Shown one piece after another: positions 20,545-28,436 of a stretch of DNA of 64,000 nucleotides. Made by a program: the position numbers and the translations under genes. Numbering within the stretch: position 1 is the stretch's first letter; each line of letters starts with the position of its first letter. The notes under the pieces are model-generated. The model was not told the DNA's origin. It ran no database searches and saw only the letters and a program-made list of their open reading frames with translations. The stretch spans positions 177,112 to 241,111 of the forward strand of contig JAUSJO010000002.1 in NCBI GenBank assembly GCA_030647205.1, written 5' to 3'. The DNA is from a bacterium (GTDB lineage Bacteria > Patescibacteriota > CPR2 > UBA1875 > JAJYID01).

Positions 20545-21858
20545 ATGGAAAACACAGCCTTAGAAATAGTTAAAGAACTAAAAGATAAGGGATTTGAAAG
20601 CTACTTTGCCGGTGGTACTGTCCGGGATTTGTTGCTTGGTAAAGCTCCGAAAGACTATGACATTGTTACATCGGCGAAACCTGAAGAAATAGAAGATATT
20701 TTAGAACATACTATCCCGATTGGTAAAAAATTCGGTGTGATTTTAGCAGTCAGAAACGGACATAACTTTGAAGTGGCGACATTTCGATCTGATGCGGCTT
20801 ACTCTGACGGTCGCCGTCCTGATGCGGTGTACTTTACTGACCCAAAAGAGGATGCTCTCAGACGGGACTTCACGATAAACGGCATGTTTTATGACCCAAT
20901 GACGAAAAAAGTTCTCGACTTTGTCGACGGACAGGAAGATTTAAAAAACAAGACTTTGAGATTCATTGGTGATTCGCATGAGAGAATTGTTGAGGACAAT
21001 TTACGGCTCCTTCGTGCGATTAGGTTCAAAAATTCACTAGATTTAGAGTATGCACCAGGAACCCTTGATGCAATCAAAAACAATAAAGAGCTAATTCAAA
21101 ATGTTTCTGCCGAGAGAATACAGGATGAACTAACTAAAATCCTGCTTGGCAAAAATCCAGGGCAAGCACTCCGGGAAATGTCTGGGGCGGGAATCTTACA
21201 GATTATTTTACCTGAAGCAGAAGCCTTGAAAGGTGTGAAACAGCCGGAACTCTACCATAAAGAAGGTGATGTTTTCGAACATATCTTGATGTCGCTGGAT
21301 GCTCTACCGGAAAAACCTTCTACGGAACTTGCTTGGGCGGTTTTGCTCCATGACATTGGCAAACCCCAGACGTATTCGGTTTCTGATAGGATCAGATATA
21401 ACGGTCATGCCGAAAAAGGATCGGAACTAGTCGGAGAAATCGGCAAAAGATTGAAATTTTCAAATGAGATGGCATCAAACTTGAAGTGGTTGGTTGCTCA
21501 TCATATGATGCTTGGGGATTTACTGAAGATGAAAAAGGCTCGCCAGGCGCATTGGATACATCAGCCGTTATTCAACGAACTTTTAGAACTTCTTCGAGCG
21601 GATGCGCTCGGTACAAAACCGAAAGATCTAAGCTTGTATAATGAACTTAAAAAGCTGTCAGAAGAAAAGGAACTGCTTTTGCCAAGTCCGGAGATTTTAC
21701 TGACCGGAAAAGAGATTATGGAGGAGTTTGGTATAAAAGAAGGGCCAGAAATCGGGGAAATACTGGATAAAGTCCACCATGCGCAAATGGAAGAGCATAT
21801 TAGAACAAAAGAAGAAGCTTTAAAGTTCGTCCAAGAAATATTGGAGAAGAGACCTTAG
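20545..21858 (+). CDS. cca: CCA tRNA nucleotidyltransferase with HD domain
   Basis: GGTVRD..KDYDI, RRDFTING, LRLLRAIRF, LLHDIGK. Confidence 0.9.
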   Translation: MENTALEIVKELKDKGFESYFAGGTVRDLLLGKAPKDYDIVTSAKPEEIEDILEHTIPIGKKFGVILAVRNGHNFEVATFRSDAAYSDGRRPDAVYFTDPKEDALRRDFTINGMFYDPMTKKVLDFVDGQEDLKNKTLRFIGDSHERIVEDNLRLLRAIRFKNSLDLEYAPGTLDAIKNNKELIQNVSAERIQDELTKILLGKNPGQALREMSGAGILQIILPEAEALKGVKQPELYHKEGDVFEHILMSLDALPEKPSTELAWAVLLHDIGKPQTYSVSDRIRYNGHAEKGSELVGEIGKRLKFSNEMASNLKWLVAHHMMLGDLLKMKKARQAHWIHQPLFNELLELLRADALGTKPKDLSLYNELKKLSEEKELLLPSPEILLTGKEIMEEFGIKEGPEIGEILDKVHHAQMEEHIRTKEEALKFVQEILEKRP

Positions 21859-21860
21859 CA

Positions 21861-22196
21861 ATGGATAACAACACTCAAGACAAAATAGAAGCCTATAATG
21901 CTGAAAGCGGACTAGAATCAAAAGCATTCAACCCAAAGGAGATTGAATATGCGGCTATCCAACAGCAAATCAACGAAGCGAAAGAAAAAAAGAGGAAGTC
22001 GCCATTTTATATTGTAGGGAAGATAATATTATATTTTGTTTTGTTGCCAATAATAACTTCATTGATTTATATCCGTTCATCAGACGGTTCAGATAACCCA
22101 TTGACTGAGGATATACCATTCATAGCCAAAGTAATTGCTGTTTTTTTGTGGGTTCTATTATTTATATCCGGTCTTGGTTGGTTATGGCTTACCTAG
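21861..22196 (+). CDS. Hypothetical membrane protein (2 TM)
   Basis: ORF abutting cca; two hydrophobic helices. Confidence 0.6.
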   Translation: MDNNTQDKIEAYNAESGLESKAFNPKEIEYAAIQQQINEAKEKKRKSPFYIVGKIILYFVLLPIITSLIYIRSSDGSDNPLTEDIPFIAKVIAVFLWVLLFISGLGWLWLT

Positions 22197-22223
22197 ATTT
22201 CTTAATGGGCTACACTTGAATTG

Positions 22224-22252
22224 TTGAAATTTGACTGATTTTCGGGTATAAT
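22224..22252 (+). promoter_or_regulatory. sigma70 promoter of the Gly-Arg-His tRNA operon
   Basis: TTGAAA-17 nt-TATAAT ending 10 nt before tRNA-Gly. Confidence 0.7.
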
Positions 22253-22262
22253 ATTCAGGTTC

Positions 22263-22337
22263 GCGGGTATTGTATAATGGCTATTATGTCACCCTTCCAA
22301 GGTGAAGATGCGGGTTCGATCCCCGCTACCCGCTCCA
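22263..22337 (+). tRNA. tRNA-Gly(TCC)
   Basis: Cloverleaf, TCACC-CT-TCC-AA-GGTGA, CCA end. Confidence 0.96.
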
Positions 22338-22340
22338 TAA

Positions 22341-22418
22341 GCGCCCTTAGCTCAGTTGGATTAGAGCGTCTGGTTTCGGCCCAGAAGGCCGCAGGTTCGA
22401 GTCCTGCAGGGCGCACCA
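22341..22418 (+). tRNA. tRNA-Arg(TCG)
   Basis: Cloverleaf, TCTGG-TT-TCG-GC-CCAGA, CCA end. Confidence 0.95.
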
Positions 22419-22427
22419 AAATATCGT

Positions 22428-22505
22428 GGTGGCTGTAGCTCAGTTGGTTAGAGCATCGGTTTGTGGTACCGAGGGTCGTGGGTTCGAATCCCATCAGCCA
22501 CCCCA
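22428..22505 (+). tRNA. tRNA-His(GTG)
   Basis: G-1 and C73, TCGGT-TT-GTG-GT-ACCGA, CCA end. Confidence 0.97.
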
Positions 22506-22563
22506 AGCATAAGCAGTATAAAAGAGACTTCATAATGGTCTCTTTTTGAGTTAAAATTGCACT

Positions 22564-23250
22564 ATGGTATTAAAAATTGCACGAAGAGGAGCGTCTGGTT
22601 ATTGTCCTGAAAACACAATGGCTGCATTTGATAAGGCGGTAGAGATTGACTGTGATACTATCGAGTTTGATATTCATAAAACCAAAGATGGTCATATCAT
22701 TGTTATGCATGATGACAATGTTCAGAGAACGACAGATGGTCTGGGAAATATCAAAGACTTAACACTCAAAGAAATTAAAATGTTTCATGAGCCAAATGGC
22801 GAATCTGTCCCAACACTACAAGGAGTTTTTGACTTGTTAAAGAATAAAAAAAGAATGATGCTTGATATTAAGGACCAAAATATGGAGAAGGAGGTTCTTA
22901 GCTTGGTAAATGATAACGATTTAGAAGAATACGTTATCATTGACTCAGACTTCCCTGATGTTGTAAAAAAAATAAAAAAGATGAATCCTAAAATTCATGT
23001 TTATCTTGGTGGGGTAACAAAGGATAATTATAAATCGGCCGTCCAAGAAGCTAAAATCATTGATGCTGAAATGATAAAAGTGGAAAATATCTTGGTTAAT
23101 GAAGATTTAGTGAAAGAAGCACATAACAATGGTATAGGAGTGTATGTTTGGGGCGCAGAAGAAACAAATGATATTAAAAATATGCAGGATTTAGATGTTG
23201 ATGCTATTGTCTGCGATTTCCCTGACAAGATTCCTGAATTCAGCTTCTAA
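22564..23250 (+). CDS. Glycerophosphodiester phosphodiesterase family protein (cassette 1)
   Basis: RGASGYCPENT, EFDIH.TKDG..VMHD, VPTL; canonical AHRG reads ARRG. Confidence 0.88.
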   Translation: MVLKIARRGASGYCPENTMAAFDKAVEIDCDTIEFDIHKTKDGHIIVMHDDNVQRTTDGLGNIKDLTLKEIKMFHEPNGESVPTLQGVFDLLKNKKRMMLDIKDQNMEKEVLSLVNDNDLEEYVIIDSDFPDVVKKIKKMNPKIHVYLGGVTKDNYKSAVQEAKIIDAEMIKVENILVNEDLVKEAHNNGIGVYVWGAEETNDIKNMQDLDVDAIVCDFPDKIPEFSF

Positions 23251-23260
23251 ACTATTATTT

Positions 23261-23349
23261 CAGTTCTGACATCGCTAACTACCTGTCCTCCGAAGGAGGG
23301 TCCGACCCCAAGTATAAGCATAATAAAAGAGGCAGAAATGTCTCTTTTT
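23261..23349 (+). repeat. att-like cassette boundary 1 (with 19-bp palindromic insert) plus hairpin
   Basis: CAGTTCTGACATCGCTAACTAC[insert]CCGACCCCAAGTATAAGCA..AAAAGAGGC..GTCTCTTTT. Confidence 0.85.
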
Positions 23350-23370
23350 ATGCTAGAATATAACTTGAAA

Positions 23371-23847
23371 ATGGATATTCAAATTAGGGAAGCTAAAATT
23401 GAAGATTATGATGATATTAACGCTCTTTACAAAGAAGTAGACGAGTTTCATTTTGAAATGAAGCCGAACCGACTAAAGGGCCCTGGTCACTTCGGGAGAG
23501 AAAAGCAGCATTTTGAGGGAGTAATTAAAAATAAAAACTCAACTATTCTTGTAGCCACTCAAGGCACTGCTATTGTCGGATTTGCGGAGTTAGTCATAGA
23601 GAACGAACCCGAGAGTAATTTTTTACATCCTGAGAACCATGTAGAAATTGAGTTTTTTGTGGTGAAGGAGTCCTATCGGGGTTCGGGCGTGGGAAGATTA
23701 TTGATGAGAGGAGTTGAAGATTGGGCAAAGGCGAAAAAAATCAAGGCCCTTACACTAAACGCCCATTCTGCCAATGAAATGGCATTAGGATTTTATCAAA
23801 AAAATGGATATAAAATAACCAGCATTAATTTGCGTAAAGATTTGTAA
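23371..23847 (+). CDS. GNAT acetyltransferase (cassette 2)
   Basis: IREAKIED, YRGSGVGR, N..ALGFYQKNGY; upstream ATG at 23338 lies inside the hairpin. Confidence 0.88.
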   Translation: MDIQIREAKIEDYDDINALYKEVDEFHFEMKPNRLKGPGHFGREKQHFEGVIKNKNSTILVATQGTAIVGFAELVIENEPESNFLHPENHVEIEFFVVKESYRGSGVGRLLMRGVEDWAKAKKIKALTLNAHSANEMALGFYQKNGYKITSINLRKDL

Positions 23848-23853
23848 TTATTT

Positions 23854-23923
23854 TAGCTAAGACATCGTTAGTTATCTGACACCATCTTAATGATTAAAAA
23901 GAGTCTCAAATGAGACTCTTTTT
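23854..23923 (+). repeat. att-like cassette boundary 2 plus hairpin
   Basis: TAGCTAAGACATCGTTAGTTATCTGACACCA..AAAAAGAGTCTCA/TGAGACTCTTTTT. Confidence 0.7.
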
Positions 23924-23942
23924 AATGTGATATAATTAGTTA

Positions 23943-24617
23943 ATGAAGTCAGAAGATTTGTCAGAAGAAGCAATTAGGGAAAATTGTCCTCATTGCAATA
24001 TAAAGTCTCAAGCTTTTCATGATTTTTTAGACGAATCAGACAATTTTTTTATTGTTTGCGATAGCCATCCTCTTGAAGAAGGGCATATCTTGTTGATTCC
24101 TAGGAAACATATTTCTTGTATTGGAGAATACCCAGACGATATTATTGATGAATTTTTAGATTTATATAAATATATTGCTAAATTCATCAAGAAAACGTAT
24201 GGAAGTGTGGCTATTTTTGAGCATGGAATTACTGGACAAACAGTTTTCCACTCACATATTCATTTTCTTCCATTTGAAGGCAATCCTGCCAACATAATTC
24301 CAGAGGGGAATGAATACATCCAACAGATTGATAGTGTTATTGATTTGAAGAAGATATTTAAAAAAGACGGTAAATATCTATTTTTCTCTATGGGAAAAAG
24401 TAATTGGGTTGTTGATACAAAAATTACTGCGCCTCGGTTTTTTCGCGACAGGTTTGCCATATCGTTGGGTAACAGAGAAAGGGCGGATTGGAAGAAGTTT
24501 CATTCCAACAAATCACTTATGCAAGAAGGCTATAAAGAAAACGAAGAGTGTAAAAACAAGTGGAAAGAATATAAGAGGAATGATCCTACAGACCTTATTA
24601 AGAGAACGTTACAATAG
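23943..24617 (+). CDS. HIT family hydrolase (cassette 3)
   Basis: CPHC, GHILLIPRKH, GQTVFHSHIHFLP. Confidence 0.88.
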   Translation: MKSEDLSEEAIRENCPHCNIKSQAFHDFLDESDNFFIVCDSHPLEEGHILLIPRKHISCIGEYPDDIIDEFLDLYKYIAKFIKKTYGSVAIFEHGITGQTVFHSHIHFLPFEGNPANIIPEGNEYIQQIDSVIDLKKIFKKDGKYLFFSMGKSNWVVDTKITAPRFFRDRFAISLGNRERADWKKFHSNKSLMQEGYKENEECKNKWKEYKRNDPTDLIKRTLQ

Positions 24618-24687
24618 TTCTGACACCTGCAACTACCCGACCCAAAGTATAATCATTATAGAAGAGACCTCATTTGAGGCTCTTTTT
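24615..24687 (+). repeat. att-like cassette boundary 3 plus hairpin
   Basis: TAGTTCTGACACCTGCAACTACCCGACCCAAAGTATAATCA..AAGAGACCTCA/TGAGGCTCTT; begins at the HIT stop codon. Confidence 0.85.
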
Positions 24688-24721
24688 ATGTTAGAATATT
24701 AATATTAAGAGGAGAGTGAAA

Positions 24722-25345
24722 ATGAATGAAGGCGTAAATCAAACAGGAGATTTACCAGAAATAAAATATGAAGATATTGAGGGTGAATTGTCCCGATCAC
24801 TTAATCATATGTTTTTGGAAAAATATTGGACAAAAGGTAAGACCAGCAAGGAAGCCATTGAAGAGCTAAATCTGCCACATGGATTAGAGTCGAGTGCGGG
24901 AACAAATTTTCCACCTGTTGCAGGGAGATCGGGTCTTCACCTTATGAGGATTTTGGGTCCTGGTCGCTCTGAATCTGAGAGGGAGTTTGGTCTTTCAGTT
25001 TTAAGAAACTCCGGCAAAATTAACTATGAAGAGGGTGAGATAGAAAATAACCGATTAAAGCACTCGGGTGAAGGTGCTGACACCGCTATGTTTTGGACAT
25101 TTTCACCCTATCTATACAAGGCGTTAGGTCAAAAAGGCTTATCAGATGAAGAGGCACTTAAAAAAACATTCTTGTGGGGTCATAATGAAAATGAAGAGGG
25201 AAAATATATACACCTAAGAGGTTTAGAAAAATACAAAAATGCTTGGATATTAATGCAACCCGGTGATGTAACCCATCAGTTTACCGAACAAGAAGCAAAT
25301 AGAATCGTTGATGAAGTTATTTTGGCAGAACAACCAGAAAAATAG
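24722..25345 (+). CDS. Hypothetical protein (cassette 4)
   Basis: ORF with GAGGAG SD; stop codon overlaps the next repeat. Confidence 0.7.
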   Translation: MNEGVNQTGDLPEIKYEDIEGELSRSLNHMFLEKYWTKGKTSKEAIEELNLPHGLESSAGTNFPPVAGRSGLHLMRILGPGRSESEREFGLSVLRNSGKINYEEGEIENNRLKHSGEGADTAMFWTFSPYLYKALGQKGLSDEEALKKTFLWGHNENEEGKYIHLRGLEKYKNAWILMQPGDVTHQFTEQEANRIVDEVILAEQPEK

Positions 25346-25405
25346 TTCTAATATCTCTAACTACCCGACCCCATGAAAAAATCACCGATTTTACGGTGGT
25401 TTTTT
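25343..25405 (+). repeat. att-like cassette boundary 4 plus hairpin
   Basis: TAGTTCTAATATCTCTAACTACCCGACCCCA-TGAAAAAATCACCG..CGGTGGTTTTTT. Confidence 0.85.
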
Positions 25406-25474
25406 CTTTGTGAATTAATGAATGGAAGGTTGGGAGACAAAGGAATATTAAAGAAACGAACTAAGTTGAATTTA

Positions 25475-25912
25475 TTATTTGAAGAAATCGAAATCATTAG
25501 CAATATGTTTTCCGATAGTCCTAGGAATATCGTTCCCAGGTCCTAATGAATCATAAAATTCTAATATTCTATCAACTTTCTCCTTGTTAAGGTCATCTTT
25601 GCTTAATCCGCTTTCTTCAATAGCCTCAATAATAAATGGAAAAGCACTGCTGCTTCCTGCGTAAGATTTTTGCCAGCGCTCAAGGAGGCCTTCGGCTCGT
25701 AACCTTTCTTCGTTTTCGTCATCTCTTTGCTTTAGTATTCTCTGGATTTCCTCATACCAGTCTTTCTCTTCTCTAAGATCGGGCATGTTTTCACCAACCA
25801 TATAATCTGCCGCTTTTTTTGCTTCGCCTTCTGAAAATACGTCATCAATTAATGCTCGATACTCTTCGCCGACTTCTCCTGAGGGAATTCGGCGGTTTTC
25901 TGGATTTACCAT
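25475..25912 (-). CDS. Hypothetical acidic protein (cassette 5, inverted)
   Basis: 145-aa ORF filling the interval between repeats 4 and 5. Confidence 0.65.
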   Translation of the reverse strand: MVNPENRRIPSGEVGEEYRALIDDVFSEGEAKKAADYMVGENMPDLREEKDWYEEIQRILKQRDDENEERLRAEGLLERWQKSYAGSSSAFPFIIEAIEESGLSKDDLNKEKVDRILEFYDSLGPGNDIPRTIGKHIANDFDFFK

Positions 25913-25984
25913 TATAACCTCTAAGTTAATTTGTATAGATTATCTCATCAGTTTAGTTAAATTTGCAACTCACTTTCATAATTT

Positions 25985-26103
25985 CAGTCCTGACATCGCT
26001 AACTATCTGTTCGTCCCCGCCAGAGGTTGGGTAAACTCCGCTTTAACGAAGGATGATCCGACCCCAAGATATTAAATAATACCTTTATGCAGGTATTATT
26101 TTT
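25985..26103 (+). repeat. att-like cassette boundary 5 (with 51-bp insert) plus hairpin
   Basis: CAGTCCTGACATCGCTAACTAT[insert]CCGACCCCAAG..AAATAATACCT/AGGTATTATTT. Confidence 0.85.
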
Positions 26104-26124
26104 ATTTATGATATAATCTACTTT

Positions 26125-26493
26125 ATGGATTATAAATACAAACATTCTGACGCCTCTCAGGAAGTAGATTATCCCAAATTAGTTAGGGACAATATTCCGG
26201 ACATAAATCTAAAACGTTGGGGCAAAGAGCTTGACCATCGTATTGCCACAGACGATAAAGAATACTTAGCCTACCTTCTCAAGAAACTAACCGAGGAGGC
26301 TGAGGAGTTACAGTTTTCGCCCGCTGAAGAAATTGGTGACGAGATAGCTGATGTTTATGAAATTATTGATGCGATTATAAAGGTGGTGGGTTTATCGAAA
26401 TCTGAAATCGAAAAATTTCAAAAAGTAAAAAGGACCGACCAGGGCGGTTTTGAAAAAAGAGTTTTAATGCTCTCTAAGAACATGCCCGAATAG
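26125..26493 (+). CDS. MazG-like / phosphoribosyl-ATP pyrophosphohydrolase-like protein (cassette 6)
   Basis: KLVRDNIP, KLTEEAEE, EIADVYE, KR..GGFEKR. Confidence 0.82.
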   Translation: MDYKYKHSDASQEVDYPKLVRDNIPDINLKRWGKELDHRIATDDKEYLAYLLKKLTEEAEELQFSPAEEIGDEIADVYEIIDAIIKVVGLSKSEIEKFQKVKRTDQGGFEKRVLMLSKNMPE

Positions 26494-26496
26494 CCT

Positions 26497-26550
26497 CAGT
26501 TCTGACATTGTCAATCGATTAGAAAAGAGACCGATGAAGTCTCTTTTTTT
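26497..26550 (+). repeat. Truncated cassette boundary 6 plus hairpin
   Basis: CAGTTCTGACATTG..AAAAGAGAC/GTCTCTTTT; ACCCCA core missing. Confidence 0.65.
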
Positions 26551-26570
26551 GTTTGTGATATAATTTTTTC

Positions 26571-26939
26571 ATGGGAAAGATCAACTCAAAACTAATAGCT
26601 CCTTGTGGGATGAACTGTGGGATTTGTCTTCATTACTTAAGGGCAGAGAACAAATGTACGGGTTGTTTTTCGGGAAGGAAGGTAAATGGCAGACCCATAA
26701 AATGCAGTATAAAACTTTGCAAGGATAGACGCGGCGAATACTGCTTTGACTGCGATAAATTTCCCTGTGAAAGACTTGATCGATTGGACAAGAGATACAG
26801 AGAAAGATATGGTATGAGCGAAATTGAGAATTTAGAGTTTATTCGTGACAAGGGGATGGATGAGTTTATAAAGAGAGAGCGGGGGAAGTGGCAGTCTGAT
26901 AAGGGTATCCTCTGCGTTCATGACAAAAAATACTATTAA
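26571..26939 (+). CDS. DUF3795 family Cys-rich protein
   Basis: IAPCGMNCGIC..CTGC..CSIKLC..YCFDCDKFPC..ENLEFI. Confidence 0.85.
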   Translation: MGKINSKLIAPCGMNCGICLHYLRAENKCTGCFSGRKVNGRPIKCSIKLCKDRRGEYCFDCDKFPCERLDRLDKRYRERYGMSEIENLEFIRDKGMDEFIKRERGKWQSDKGILCVHDKKYY

Positions 26940-26982
26940 GGTTGTGTTATAATTGCCTCATCACATTAAAAAAGGAGTTTGT

Positions 26983-27312
26983 ATGAGCAATATGAAAATG
27001 GATAAGCCTTTAGCGCTAAAGACCTTGAGAAATACGGTAGCTGCCGCGATATATATTTTTGGCGTTTCGCAACTCATGGCTAACGGTGAAAGACTGTTTG
27101 GCAGTGAAGATAACCATACTTTTGCTCCATTTGCTATTTTGCTGCTCTTTTCACTCTCGGCTGCTGTTGTGGGCGGGCTAATCTTCGGTCAATCCGTATA
27201 CCTTTTTCTGGATAACAAGAAAAAGGAAAGCGTAACGGCGATATTCTATAGTATTGGATGGCTGGCGCTCATCACGGTACTTGGGTTTACCCTTTTGTTC
27301 CTAATGAAATAA
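26983..27312 (+). CDS. Hypothetical membrane protein (3 TM)
   Basis: AAGGAG SD; hydrophobic helices. Confidence 0.7.
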   Translation: MSNMKMDKPLALKTLRNTVAAAIYIFGVSQLMANGERLFGSEDNHTFAPFAILLLFSLSAAVVGGLIFGQSVYLFLDNKKKESVTAIFYSIGWLALITVLGFTLLFLMK

Positions 27313-27386
27313 AAGCCTAAACTCGCTTGAGTCATAGGGGAGCCCAACATTAAAAAATAGAGTTTTTAATTTTGGGTAAAAAACAC

Positions 27387-27420
27387 TTGACAAAGAGTAT
27401 ACGTATATTTATACTTATAC
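27387..27420 (+). promoter_or_regulatory. sigma70 promoter overlapped by TATAC/GTATA repeats
   Basis: TTGACA-17 nt-TATACT; GTATACGTATA..TATACTTATAC. Confidence 0.6.
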
Positions 27421-27446
27421 CAGTACTATTAAAAAAGGAGAAGACC

Positions 27447-27956
27447 ATGGGTAATAAAACAATCTATGTGAAAGGCAGTGACGAAAACGTCTATAAAGAG
27501 GCACAAAAGATTGCAGGTGAAGCACTATCATCTGTCATCTCAAAGGCGCTCAGGGAGTTTGTCGACCGATCTAAGGCACTCAAGGGGGAGATGCGTGAGA
27601 TCAGCGTCAATGTTGGCTCAAAAGATGCTATGCGTGAGCAAAAGTTTATCGGTAACCAGATTGGCAAGTGGAGAGGTTTTTCTAAGGACAAGGAGTATTG
27701 GCAAACTGCCAAGGTATATGAAACGCAGAAAGGTAATATAGCCATTTTGCTAACGACTGTCTGTAAGGCGAGCTTGATGACAAATCCGAGAGATTGGAAG
27801 AAAAACCATGAATATTACAAAGATGTTGCTAACTCAGAACTACTCACAGCAAAAAAGCCAAAAGAGTTTAAGGACAAGATACCTGAAGATCTTTTGAAAA
27901 AGATAGAGGACTTGCTAAAAAAGGAAGAAAATAAAGTCGAATATTTGGACATCTAG
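27447..27956 (+). CDS. EXLDI protein (RHH-like N-terminus)
   Basis: MGNKTIYV..LSSVISKALREFV; C-terminal EYLDI; AAGGAG SD. Confidence 0.85.
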   Translation: MGNKTIYVKGSDENVYKEAQKIAGEALSSVISKALREFVDRSKALKGEMREISVNVGSKDAMREQKFIGNQIGKWRGFSKDKEYWQTAKVYETQKGNIAILLTTVCKASLMTNPRDWKKNHEYYKDVANSELLTAKKPKEFKDKIPEDLLKKIEDLLKKEENKVEYLDI

Positions 27957-28031
27957 GCATTTTAGTAAAATAACACCTATTTTTAGGTGTTATTTTTGGT
28001 TATGATATAGTTTCAAAAAGGGATTTAAACT

Positions 28032-28283
28032 ATGCCAAAAGAAAAATTTGGGTCTGAAAAGGTTATTAAAATCAAAAAAGACGGACCGTATGTTGTGTGC
28101 GGTAATATTCCTATGGCGAAGCAGACCATCATTACCGATGAAGATGGGGTGTCTGTCCGTTGGGAAAAGGGAGAGGAATATCCGAGGATGGAACAGTATT
28201 CTCTCTGTCGTTGCGGCAACTCAGAAAATAAGCCATTTTGTGACAGTATGCACATACATACCGGATTTAGGGACGATGAATAG
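28032..28283 (+). CDS. CDGSH iron-sulfur domain protein
   Basis: DGPYVV, LCRCGNSENKPFCDSMH. Confidence 0.88.
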   Translation: MPKEKFGSEKVIKIKKDGPYVVCGNIPMAKQTIITDEDGVSVRWEKGEEYPRMEQYSLCRCGNSENKPFCDSMHIHTGFRDDE

Positions 28284-28436
28284 CATTTTTATGTATCATT
28301 TGTAAAAATGAAAGTATCTTTAATATCCGAAATAGCCTAAGCTTAGACGGTACATGCTTTGCGTATTTTTACTTCTGCGCTGGTAAATTATTGTATATAT
28401 AAAAATTCCGGATAATTAAGAGTTAAGAGAGGCGTT

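Larger units (their letters stand above)
22500..26939 (+). mobile_element. tRNA-His-anchored array of single-gene cassettes bounded by att-like repeats
   Basis: Six degenerate repeats between successive ORFs; core ACCCCA equals the tRNA-His 3' end; no integrase in window. Confidence 0.7.

Noticed and set aside
22255-22533. 92-aa minus-strand ORF
   Set aside because: Antisense shadow of three tRNA genes.
23261-26550. CRISPR array, classical integron attC sites or Xer dif sites as explanation of the repeats
   Set aside because: Spacing is 570-810 bp with whole genes between copies and no cas genes. No RYYYAAC..GTTRRRY palindromic ends, intI or dif consensus are seen.
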